A program made the position numbers and the translations under genes. Below are positions 27,267 to 39,700 of a stretch of 64,000 nt of DNA, in pieces. Numbering within the stretch: the first letter of the stretch is position 1; every line of letters begins with the position of its first letter. The notes under the pieces are model-generated. The model saw only the letters and a program-made list of their open reading frames with translations. It made no database searches and had not been told where the DNA came from. This stretch comes from Octopus vulgaris (taxonomy: Eukaryota), in assembly GCA_951406725.2 (NCBI GenBank), contig OX597822.1:88660001-88724000 (forward strand), given 5' to 3'.

Positions 27267-27634
27267 AACAAGAGCACTCAGAGAGTACAAATCTTGGCCA
27301 AGGCAATACCTACATCCTCTCAACAATTATTCGGAGATGATTTTTAAAATGCGAATGTCTGAAATAAACTTGAGTGCTCTCACAAACAAGAATACTAAAA
27401 ATGAACCAGACCGCTCTCAAAACATAAGTAAAAAGAAAAGGAAAAATAATCCTGAATCCTTTTCCAGTACCGGATCAATTCCAAAATCTAATCAGTTTGT
27501 GCCAGTCATGAGGCCAAACATCACTGAAAGTGTCACCTGAATCCATCCAGCTGTTCTTGAGATATCTTGTCCACAGACAAACAAACAAATGTGACTGAAA
27601 ACAATACCTCTGCCTTAGTTAAGGCAGAGGTAAT
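27267..27634. mobile_element. Non-autonomous Helentron/DINE-1-like (HINE) element
   Basis: Starts aacaagagcactcagagag, has an internal (ACAA)n tract, and ends in a perfect 13-bp stem tacctctgcctta-gt-taaggcagaggta (27605-27632). Confidence 0.55.
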
Positions 27635-28014
27635 AGAATAAAAGTGGAGAGCAAGGAAACATATAAGACAGTGTGCATATATATATATATATACATTTTA
27701 TATATACACACACACACAGATAGACGCATATATATGTATCTACGTATGTATAAATACACAGACATACACACACACACAAAGCATCTTTCAGTTTCTATCT
27801 ACCAAATCCACTCACGAGGTTTTGGTCAGCCTAGGGCAATAGCAGGAGACATTTGCCTGAGGTGCTATGCACTTGGACTAAACCCAAAATCATGTGCTTG
27901 AAAAACAAACTTCTTAACCATACAACTATGCTTATGCTTATCTCTTTCAAAAATGTCTAGGCATCTAAAGAATTTGAACAGAAAAACAGAGTAATAAATT
28001 TCTAACTCACACAC

Positions 28015-28159
28015 CAGAGTTTGGATTACTGCAGAAGTATTTCATCAAGGTAGGTTGTGCAGATGGCAATCGCCATGCTAGAAATACAAGAACATTTGCT
28101 CCAATAATGCTAACTACATACTTCTGTCCATCACTGAGACTGTTCCACCACATATTTAC
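28015..28159 (-). CDS. PARL: PARL exon 4
   Basis: VNMWWNSLSDGQKYVVSIIGANVLVFLAWRLPSAQPTLMKYFCSNPNS; ttttcAG acceptor; the in-frame donor is G|GTGTGT. Confidence 0.93.
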
Positions 28160-29302
28160 CTGAAAAGAAAGACAAAAGAATTAATTATTAGTGGCCAAAT
28201 GCATCATCTTTATATTAATGCTTGATTTTCTATCCTAACATAGTTTGAATGAGTTTTAATACACTTTTTCATGCTGTTTTGGTCTTATACTTTATGTTTA
28301 TCAGGCCTAATGTCCTTAATCCTGTCTACATTGTCTTCTTTTCTTTCTAGACTTTCGCAAACTGATAAGATTGATGTAGCTGATAACCAACCAGAATACT
28401 GACAGCGAAAAAATGTGAACTAGGAAAGATCTGGTTCAAATACTTGCAACAAAGGAAATTCTTATAAAGTTACCCAAAGACCAACTTTTGATCTTCAACT
28501 ACTGCAGATGTTTCCACTTTTCATTACCAGGTAGTTAAAATGAATGAAGGTAAATTGAAAAGCTTATTAAAAAGCACAAAGTCCAATTTATAACCTAACA
28601 AAGAGGCAGCAAAACTTGAACTGCAACTCTTGGTCAAAGAAGATCTTAATTCAAGCTACATGGTGACCTCACTAGTGCTGGTGCCACAAAAAAAGCATCC
28701 AGTACACATTGTAAAGGGGTTGGTATTAGGAAGAGCATCCAGCCTAGAAACCATATCAAAGCAGACACTGAAGCACAATGTAGCATTTGGACCCATCGGT
28801 GAAACTGTCAGTGTGGAACATGAATGTTAAATAATAATGGTGATGATGCACTGTCTAACTTTTCATACATACCTCATATAGCTAACATACTGTTGCTAAA
28901 AATTCACTAAACTGCTTCTTCCCTATTCCCAAGAATCCTCTACAGTACTAACTGTATTGTTGAAGAAGCAGAAATGATCAATAATATCCATTATGTCAGT
29001 TGAATAGACTTGGTCTTCAGCAAAACTTAAGTTCTAGTTCCCTGTCAGTTTATCATCCAGCCATAGAATTACATCAAAACTAACATTGGAACTCAACATA
29101 ATCCTGCGGCTCATTGGATCTTGTCAAACCACTCAGCCCATGCCAGCAAGGAAAACAGACATTAAATGATTTTGATGATGATGATGATGAATACAAGCTT
29201 TCAGAACTATTTCATACAGGACAGAAAAGGATTTTTTAAATAAAAATTAATGAATAAAAACAAAAGGAAAAACGTCTTCTGGATGAAATCAAGATAACTT
29301 AC

Positions 29303-29443
29303 ATGTGAACGAAAGCTGTGGGATTTAGGGTAGAATACATCTCTTCCCTCGTTTGAAATCCAGTTACTAATAATTTTTTTTGCCTTCAAACGTGTCATTT
29401 CATATTGCCATACCATACTGCCAGCAAAGCATGCTCCACTGAA
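29303..29443 (-). CDS. PARL: PARL exon 3
   Basis: FSGACFAGSMVWQYEMTRLKAKKIISNWISNEGRDVFYPKSHSFRSH (WQYE motif); cttAG acceptor and GTAAGT donor. Confidence 0.93.
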
Positions 29444-30933
29444 CTAAGAAAATGAAAAAAAAAGAAAATAATAATGATAATGATGACGATACAAAATACT
29501 TCTGTTTAAATTAGGCTGCAAACATCTATGAAGTAGTTATAACTATTATATGGACTTTACCCAGGACATCATAACATGATTAAAACTAAAAATTAGCATT
29601 TCAGATGAAAATGAACGAGTTTATTTGTTTTTGTTGTTTTTTTTTCAATGTGATTTGGTGAGAGGAAAGCAGACAGTACCTATTGCTCCATGACTGGTGG
29701 GTGGGAGAAACTCATCCTCTGATAAAAGACAAGCAGCTTGTACTCTTCGAAAGATACTGAATTGTTCATAAACTGTTAAACTGGTAGATAATGCACAACA
29801 TAAATCTAGGGATTTTTTTCATTTTGTGGATTACTGAAAGCTGAGAAAAATATTAAAACTAACACTGTCTCTTTGTAAGAATGAGTTTAAATGAACAAAT
29901 AAGAGGTTGTACTTATTTAAGAAAAAAAGATATCACAGCAATCAGCATTGTAGGAATTGGAAAAAATGTGTTAAACTAATCAATAAACAGAAATGCTAAC
30001 GATTCATTTGAAGCAGTTATAAAAGAGAAAATTTACTCTAAAGCTTGGATCTTTTGATGCTAGAATTCAAACAAGATCATCTCCTTAGTCATTGCTCTAA
30101 TTGAGCAGATAAATCTATGATGAAAGGTGTTCTTGATAAGACATCCATTTAACACTATATTATCCAATATGCCTGACTTTCTTAGTAATAAATCAAATGA
30201 TTACATACCCTATTGCATAATTTAGTTATCAAGGTTAATGAGAAGAGTGAGCAGAAATGATTCCAAAGGAGGAAAGTAACTAGATACCTATTATTATAAT
30301 GATAATTATAAAAACAGCTAATATAAAGTTACATCAAGTAACTAATTTACTATATCAAAAGGCGTTGAAAGTAGAACTAAAATTTGGATGAGAAATTTAA
30401 AGTTGAGTAAAATGCCAACTGAAGAAATTGCTGAGGCATTTGAGGCTTCTTGGTAAACATTTAGTTGAGAGTTATTGGTGAAGAAGCAGTCAAGACAAAA
30501 TAATTATTTTAACTTCTGAAGACAAGGGAAGTAAATAGTTGCTATAGAAAAGAAAACGCTAATCTGACCTGGTTTGTTCGCTAAGGGGTGTCAACCTGGA
30601 CTAGGTGGCAAGATGTTGGATTTCAAAACAGGAGAAGTAGATTCAATCCCAGTTATCAGCTGAGTTGTCACTTTACTCATCAGTTCGATTTCTGCCAGAA
30701 AAAGAGAAAGTTAATCTGACCAACATAATTCATTTCGAAGTTGCCAGTTGAACAAAAAGTATAGCTATGTAGTATTATATAGTTGTTCTATTTAATACTA
30801 CATAGCTATACTATCTCGCTTTTCTTTAAAAAAATTACTCAGAAACTATTGACATATGCTCTATATATGCAAATGTTAGATTTATTAGTGTTAAGCTAAT
30901 TACAAATGAATAAAAATAAAGCTCATAACCCAC

Positions 30934-31144
30934 CATAATAGTAAAACCTAATGGTTTTAAAAGGTCTCGGTAGGTAGGATATCCATTTTTCTGTTCAACT
31001 ATATCATCTCGGCGTCTGCTTCTTTGGTGAAATTTTCGCAATGGAGTTCGCCATTGAGATTGTCTGGGTAAATGTGTAAGAGTAGTTCTGTAAAGAGGAG
31101 CACTGTGCCAAACTTGTTGAAAGCAACTTACTTTCAACAGATTG
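30934..31144 (-). CDS. PARL: PARL exon 2
   Basis: NLLKVSCFQQVWHS...RDLLKPLGFTIM; Arg-rich and presequence-like; ttctAG acceptor and GTGGGT donor; phases match both neighbours. Confidence 0.88.
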
Positions 31145-31466
31145 CTAGAAAAAGAAATTAAAATTTTTACAAAGACAAAGAATCAGAACAGGAAAAGCTG
31201 AAAATAAAGATAAATTAAGAATAATTCCATACTAGCAGAATACATGGTAATTCCATACTCCATTCTGTGGTGCAGTGTCAGCTATCAACATTTCCCCCCT
31301 CAGTAATGATATCCTGTCATTTCCTTCATAAACTTATGAGTAATTTCAAGGAATTTTATTCATTATTTTCAATCATATTTCCTTTTGTAGTCTGTTTTCT
31401 CATTGTGCAAAATAATCTTACTTATCATCATCATTCATTCTCCTCTCTTTATTCCAAATTCTTCCA

Positions 31467-31870
31467 CAGGAGTGGCTGTGTGGTAAGTAGCTTGTTTACC
31501 AACCACATGGTCCCGGGTTCAGTCCCACTGCGTGGCACCTTGGGCAAGTGCCTTCTACTATAGCCTCGGGCCAACCAAAGCCTTGTGAATGGATTTGGTA
31601 GATGGAAACTGAAAGAAGCCCGTCATATATATGTATGTATATATATGTATGTGTATGTGTGTGTGTTTGTGTGTCTGTGTTTGTCCCCCTAACATTGCTT
31701 GACAACCGATGCTGGTGTGTTTATGTCCCCGTCACTTAGCGGTTCGGCAAAAGAGACCGATAGAATAAGTACTGGGCTTACAAAGAATAAGTCCCGGGGT
31801 CGAGTTGCTCGATTAAAGGTGGTGCTCCTGCATGGCCGCAATCAAATGACTGAAACAAGTAAAAGAGTAT
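31467..31870 (+). mobile_element. Near full-length tRNA-derived SINE (abundant family)
   Basis: A-box tggctgtgtggtaa, B-box ggttcagtccc, body ggcaccttgggcaagtg, internal (TA)/(TG) tract and tail gactgaaacaagtaaaagagta. An inverted full copy is at 61836-62228, with fragments near 11650, 16900, 27780, 48380, 49320 and 50620. Confidence 0.85.
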
Positions 31871-33791
31871 ATCTAATCTGTTTTTCTTGGTTCAATTTTT
31901 GCTGTCATCCTCTATGATCATTGTCTACTGTAACACACCAAACACCATTTCAATAAAGAAGCATTTGACACTGTATAGTTGGTAGCACCTTTATCCGGGA
32001 TTTAGCATTACACAAATTTTATGAAGAAAGTTAGGAACAGTTATTAATATAGATAGCTGGAAAAATACATACACTCACACACATGATCACTAATGACACA
32101 TGCACATATACACATACTCCCCACTCTCTCACACACACAAAAGCTAATGTGTGTGTGTGTGTGTGTGCATAATATGTGTGTGTGTGTGTGTGTGCATAAT
32201 ATGTGTGTGTGTGTGCTTGCAAATAGCATTCATTCGAATCTCTCTCTCTCTCTCTTACTATCCCCTTTCCACAGCATGACATATTTTACACTACAAGAAT
32301 CTGTCATTAGCACTTTAATAGAATAGAATGTTATTTTATTTCAAACTTTTGTTAAGGCTTTCATCTAGAAAGCTTTAGTTACAGCAGGTCTGGTTGTTTG
32401 GTCAAAAAGTTTATTTTCATGTGTGATGCTAATGTGGTAGGTAAAAATTATAAATTTATAAAGAGATTGTTCCTCTTCTTGGATAGTTAAATTTAATCCA
32501 TCACCTAGCCCTTGGGAACCTGTAGCAGAGTTCACTGTTTTGCAAACATCTAGGCCAATCTTTGGTCTGAAGGTAACTTTATTACTCCGTCCCATCAGTT
32601 TCAGGAGCTTGAAAAAGATTGTGGATACTGTTCATCATCCTCTAATTAAACCTTCAAAAAAATTGATTAATTGAATTAATGCATGAAACTAGATTTTCTA
32701 ATAAATTAAGTAGATACAATCAAAATCATAATCAAAATCATTTCGATGACTGGCATCCATGCTAGTGGGGTGCAAAGAGCACCATACGAGTGTGACCGTT
32801 GACAGAGAAGCTATTCGAGTATGATCGTTACCAGCATCGCCTTACTGGCACTTATGCCTGTGCTAGTAGGGTGCCAAGAACACCCATCCGAGCGTGATCA
32901 TTGTAATCATTGCCAGAGCAGCCAACTGGCTTCCGTACCCGTGGCACGTAAAAGGGCACCATTCGAGCGTGATCGTTACCAACGTCGCTTCACTGGCACC
33001 TGTGTCGGTGGCACGCGTAAAGGGGTTCGAGCAAGGTCGTTGCCAATACCGCCTGACTAGCCCCCGTGCAGGTGGCACGTAAAAAGCACCCACTACACTC
33101 TCGGAGTGGTTGGTGTTAGGAAGGGCATCCAGCTGTAGAAACACTGCCAGATCAAGACTAGAGCCTGGTGCAGCCATCTGGTTGCCAGCCCTCAGTCAAA
33201 ACCATCCAACCCATGCTAGCATGGAAAACAGACGTTAAATGATGATGATGATGATGATACAATAAGAATATTATTTTTAGTATGATTATGTATTCATGAC
33301 ATTGTGATTGTAAACTAGTAGAAGCAGGTTTCAAAACTCAATAGAGATACATGTAAGATGTAACACATGAAGATCATCAGCATTATCATCATTTAATGTC
33401 AATTTTCCATGCTAGCATGAGTTTAACAATTTTTATTGATTTACTCAATATTTACATCTGGATGTTTGTCTTTGATCAATTCGTGTGATTAGAGGACAAG
33501 ATTTTTTTGAAATAGTTGAAATCAATTTAAAGATAGTATGCCAGACTTTACTGTCATCATCATCATTATTATCATTTTAACTTCCACTTTTCCATGCTTG
33601 CATGAATGAAATTTCTTGAGGCATATTTTCAACAGCTGGATGCCTTTCCTGTCACCAATCCTCATCTTTTTCCAAGCAAGATAATATTTTCCTATGGCCA
33701 AGATTGGAAACAAATAGCATCATTTGTATGATTATGGGTTTTTTGGGTTTTTTTTACATATGCTGTATGATGTGAAACCAAGGAGATACAA

Positions 33792-34001
33792 ATATGCATA
33801 TATATACATACATACATATATATACATACATACATATATATATACATACATATATATATACATACATATATATATATACATACATATATATATACATACA
33901 TATATACATACATACATATATACATACATACATATATATATACATACATATATACATACATATATATATATACATACATATATACATACATATATATATA
34001 T

Positions 34002-34034
<33 letters not shown>

Positions 34035-34044
34035 CATACATATA

Positions 34045-34085
<41 letters not shown>

Positions 34086-34109
34086 ATACATACATATATA
34101 TATATATAT

Positions 34110-34202
<93 letters not shown>

Positions 34203-34221
34203 CATACATATATATATATAT

Positions 34222-34270
<49 letters not shown>

Positions 34271-34549
34271 CATATATATATATACATATATATACATATA
34301 TATATACATACATATATACATATATATATACATACATATATACATATATATACATACATATACATATATATATACATACATATATACATATATATATATA
34401 TACATACATATATATATACATACATATATACATATATATACATACATATATACATATATATATATATACATACATATATACATATATATATATATACATA
34501 CATATATACATATATATATACATACATATATACATACATACATATATAT

Positions 34550-34600
<51 letters not shown>

Positions 34601-34654
34601 TACATACATATATACATACATATATATATATATATATATACATACATATATACA

Positions 34655-34692
<38 letters not shown>

Positions 34693-34738
34693 CATATATA
34701 CATACATATATACATATATACATACATACATATATACA

Positions 34739-34806
<68 letters not shown>

Positions 34807-34830
34807 TACATACACATACATACACATACA
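33792..34830. repeat. ~1 kb compound (TA)n/(TACA)n microsatellite in PARL intron 1
   Basis: Almost pure alternating purine-pyrimidine sequence. It accounts for the six long Y/I/H/T and Y/I/M/C/V ORFs. Confidence 0.97.
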
Positions 34831-35809
34831 TTAAACTTCTTTCAGCTCCCATCTACTACATTCACTTACAAGGCTGACATATGAAAGGAACCCACTACAC
34901 TCTTGGAGTGGTTGGCATTAGGAACGGCATCCAGCTGTAGAAACCAAGCCAAAATCAGACTGGAGCCTGGTGCAGCTCTCTGGCTTACTAGTTCCAGTCA
35001 AACCATCTAACCCATGCCAGCATGGAAAACAGATGCTAAATGGTGGTGATGATGAAAGCTTTGGTCAGCCCAGGTCTATAGTAAAAGACACTTGCCCAAT
35101 TTATCACACAGTGAAACTAGAATCAAAGTTATAGGATTGGGGAGCAAACTTCTCGTCCAAACAGCAAAAAATCTGACAGTCCAATTCATTTCAAGAAAAC
35201 ACACACTACGAACAGCGAGTAAAAAGTGAGGAAATGTTAGATTTATTTTAGAGTTTCGCCCTGGACATCTGTGAAAATTCTTCAACAATCCACGGCGTGC
35301 ACACCAAGCAACACAAGTCGCTGAATCTGACAAAGATCGAACTAGTGTCATAGCTATATGGCTTTCATTATCTGCTGATCTGTAAGTATTTCGTTGGGTT
35401 TCACAATAAAAGAGGAGCAGCAAGGTGTCCGCGAGACATGCTAATCGACTTGAAATGAAATTACTCAAGAAAGCAGGCTTTAGAAACATAGATTATTTGT
35501 TTTCTGACCTCAAAAGTAACCTGAAGAGCCGTCAAGATGGAGCGGCTTAGCTAATTCATATGAGAACTGATAAGAATATTGGTGACTATGGATGTTTTCA
35601 GTTGTTTATATTAACTGTGCAACATTTGAAAGTGTAAGCAATAAAAGGGAATAAGATAAGCTATGGAACACTAATACAAACGACAATAAAAACAAATAAA
35701 TACAAACAAAATGAAACGTTAAACGTCATTGATTACATAAACAAAACTATTTGCAAATATCATTGACAGTGAATGGTGGATATATATTATTTACATACAT
35801 CAGAAAATA

Positions 35810-35863
<54 letters not shown>

Positions 35864-36249
35864 TGAGATTTTTACAGGATTAGGGGAGGTGATGACATTC
35901 ATACCGTCCCAAGGGCGCTTAGGTTAAGTAAAACTGGTTTAGAAGGAAACCAGACTGAATTGTAGCCTTGGATTCTTGAAACTTCTAATGGATCAAGGCA
36001 CTACTATTAAATACAATTAATTTTAAACACGGTACAAAACTAAACAATAAAACAATCGAGACAATAATAAAAAGGGTTGTGCTTAAAGTAGTTAGGGAAC
36101 GACATGTACATACATGTCTAGAATTCGTCCTACATTTCGACATCCTGAAAACAATTGGTATTATTATAACTAATCAATAATCGATTTGATTCAAAGTTTA
36201 AAATGATTAAACCTAAAACCAAATAATAAAGAAAGTGGCAAATACATAC

Positions 36250-36284
36250 AGCGAACATAAACTCCCTAACCTGGAAGCTGCCAT
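36250..36284 (-). CDS. PARL: PARL exon 1 (start codon)
   Basis: ataATGGCAGCTTCCAGG gives MAASRLGSLCS(L); the CT|GTATGT donor is phase 2, as exon 2 requires. Confidence 0.75.
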
Positions 36285-36615
36285 TATAGCGAGTATAATT
36301 AAAAATTGGATTAACAATGGTGAAAAGAACCCGAGATTATTAATAAAATATTTTTTATTTTAGATAAAAAATTTCTCATTTGTGAAAATAAAATGTCCAT
36401 ATATATAGGTTATATATTTATAAGCTATTCATATAAATATCGAACATTTTGTAAGTTATTAGCGATTTAATTTCCACTCATATAGCTTCTCGGATATCCT
36501 GCCCGGTTTTTTTACAAACCATAACCTTTAATTATTTCATTCTTGTTGGACATGTGTATGTGTTTGTTCTCTAATTGAAACCTGTGATCAAAACAAAATA
36601 TAAAAAAGCAAAAAC
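36285..36615. promoter_or_regulatory. Putative bidirectional promoter and 5' UTRs shared by PARL and AUH
   Basis: 331 bp between divergent ATGs, with no recognisable repeats and an AT-rich core containing TATA-like tracts. Transcription starts cannot be placed from sequence alone. Confidence 0.65.
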
Positions 36616-36772
36616 ATGAATAACTGTCGACTGATATGTTCGATATTATATCGAAATAGACAATTTCGGCCCCAAAGATGCTTTGATAGACGTACAACAC
36701 TAAGACGCTTAAGTACTGCCGTTGAACCCAGCAAAGTGCTAGACCTACAATATTTGACCGGCGACAGTGAAG
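36616..36772 (+). CDS. AUH: AUH exon 1 (mitochondrial targeting peptide)
   Basis: aacATG; MNNCRLICSILYRNRQFRPQRCFDRRTTLRRLSTAVEPSKVLDLQYLTGDSE is Arg-rich; the G|GTTTGT donor is phase 1. Confidence 0.85.
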
Positions 36773-39700
36773 GTTTGTACATACAAGGACGATTTACAAA
36801 GTTCTATCAGTTATGCAAGTCGTTTTAGGTTTTGATTGGGGTTGTTTTTATTGATTTACTCAATATTTACGTCTGGATGTTTGTCTTTGATTAATTCGTT
36901 TCATAATTATTATTAGCATCAGTTTCTTCCTCTGACCTTTTGACCCTTGTTATTTAGGTGGGTGTCGGCAACCGCCACATGTTCTCTCGACCTGTCACAG
37001 TAATGCAGCCAAAAATATCCTTCAGATCACTTCCGACCATCTTTCTTTTTAAAAAAAGTACACATCCGACAATGATGATCACGGTTGGAACGTCTTTGAT
37101 CATATCTCTGCTCGATCAAGTTTTGACTTGTGGTTGGCTAAACAACGTAGAGAATCATTAGTTCGTATCTGATCTTTTGATTTGCACATCTAGAACTAAA
37201 TCGTTCAATGTACGCCCCTTTTTTCAAAGACGGTAGTGTTTGGTTTGAGGGGAAACATGATTGCTGTTTCTGTCAGGTAGACACGCCTTCAGGGAGTCGT
37301 GTTGTTGCTGTCTAACTCTAGGTTAGCCCCGATTGATCATACCTATGATCGAAGGTGCACCAACAGTAGCCATCCTGCCTTTGTATATCTGTAACTATAT
37401 TGTTCTATATTAGAGTGTGATTTAAGGGAAATTGATTATTATTTATAGCAGTTTCCTTCTACTTGCTTAACCTATAATCAAAGACATTCCAGCCATGACC
37501 ATCCCATCTTATTTTCAGACACTACATTAGAACCACTATCTAAATTATATGACACCTACCTTCAAGTTGATAGTATATGGTTTGAGAGTAATCTGACTGT
37601 TGTTACTTGCAAATCAAAGGACCATGTAAAGGTTCCAACATTAATGATTTTGCATTAGAGTATGGTGGACCTGGATTTTACTCCAGATATCTCTCACTCA
37701 TAGCTCTTCAACTTGCATTAACTGTGAGTTGCTGAAACACAAGTTTATGGAGACAGAATTTCAGGGAAGGAGAAAAAAAGTGTTTGTGTCTCTATGATAT
37801 CCCTTTGGATATCAAATAGCTACAGACAGGAACCAAAACTGAGTTGTGAAACCAGCCTCCATATTGTTTACCTCACCTTTATGGTAGTCTATAAATTTGG
37901 GAAGTGTTTTAGATAACTTCAAGTAATTGGAGTTCCAGTCTTGGGAAGACTGAAACTATTCTTTCTATCCGCCCTCATGCATCATTGGTCATTCTACCCC
38001 ATCCACCCTTCAACCCTGTCCAATCTCTACAGTTCAGTTGTCTGTATTCACCTTCTCACCCATTTCTTACTCTCCCATACATACTTGCATCCGCCATCCA
38101 CTCACTTTCCCGGTTCTTCTCCCATTCACTTCTACTCACTTCATAACTTGAGGATCCACATAGACACCTCATGATCTTTATTTATTATTTCTCCCATGCT
38201 TCACCCCGATCCCATTCCATCCTCTCTTCTAAAATGTGAGTAGCTATGTTTGACTGCACTTAGTGGGTCTGAGTACATCTTTGTGCCCCAGTATTGTTGC
38301 ATGCCCTTCCTAATACCAAGCACTGCGAGGACAGCTTGCAAGACCAACATCCCCTCCCTTTGACTAAGTAGGTCTACAGTGGAGAGGAAGACAGCTTTAT
38401 GCCAGGAGATGAGAGTTTAAGGTATGAGAGAAAGGACCAGAACAGAACACATTTCTTGTAGTGGTGCGACACGGTACTGAAGAGAGGGTGAGAGTTGCCA
38501 ATCCGATAAAACCTCGCGTTTAAAATTAAAAATTTAAAAAAGCAAGGGAGATAACTTTAATATTACTGATTTAAAATTTCGGAAACTAGAAAATGCAATG
38601 TGGGTGTCGACACCCTTCCATACAGTTTCACAAGCCATTGGTTGGCCCAGGACTTATGCTTGAAGGCACTTACCCAAAGTGCTATGCAGTGGACTTAGAT
38701 CAATAAAGGAACCTTCCCATGGTCGATCAATTTGCTAAAAGTAGCAACCAAATCTGCCATCTTAAAAAGCAAAGGACACTTTAGCTGGTGTAGTCCTACT
38801 TAAACTCTCTTTGCAAAAAATTAGATGAAGCTAAACAAGAAAACATGATTGCCTTATCCAGTTTATTAATGATTGTTGTATTGCTTCAGTTTGTAGGAAC
38901 TTTGTTCAAATGAAAGGTAGGGTGCAATGAAAGGTTTCAGCAGACATTGTAACTTGTATTCCTTCTGCTGAAATGAAAATCAAATTCAATTCCAGTTGGA
39001 TTTAAACCTGAAAACTTGATGCACCAACACTGATCTTTATCTTGACCAACTTTCCAATGTCTGTAACAATTTTGCTGGAGTAACTAACTATAATAAATAT
39101 CATGCAAATTGCTACAAAATTCCACCATGGAATACTGTGTTGCTTCAAAAGGCAAGTTAAAACTAATTTGACTGTGTATATGTTACTGAAATATACCACT
39201 ACACCACCATCTGACATTGATGGAATCAATACTGTTACTGTCTATATGCAAATTCATTGATAAAGCGAAACCAAAATAACTTCATACTATTGTGACTCTG
39301 GCAATATAATAAATTGTAGTAAGACATGATAAAACTGCTTTTTTACTGGAGCATGAGTTAGTTGTTTGGACAGGCACTAAACAGGTAGTGTTGGCATTGT
39401 AGGGATTCAGACAACTTCTGTCCCAGGCTAGAATGCACCTTCAAACAGAATATTAATTCAGTTGCTGGCAGTATGTTGGACAGTCAACCACGTCATTTGA
39501 AGCTTCTCATTCTATCAGCCTCATCCAGAACATGGAAAGAAAACCTGTTCGCTTTCCTGGTTATTATGTTCATGGGTTGATAAGTTATCCTGAACAACTC
39601 TGACTCTTCATACCCAATTTTTCACTTGACATTCAAGTTGTATGCTGCAATGAGTTTATTTATACCAATTTATCTGGCTTGCAGAACTTGATCTCTTCAG

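Larger units (their letters stand above)
16498..36284 (-). other. PARL: PARL gene span: presenilin-associated rhomboid-like mitochondrial intramembrane serine protease, 9 coding exons, 349 aa
   Basis: Exon lengths 35+211+141+145+150+71+111+98+88 = 1050 nt. All introns are GT-AG with matching phases. Catalytic GASG and DHAAHLGG motifs are present. Confidence 0.95.

Noticed and set aside
33692-34884. Six long ORFs of 249-386 aa
   Set aside because: They are translations of a (TA)/(TACA) microsatellite that lacks stop codons, not genes.
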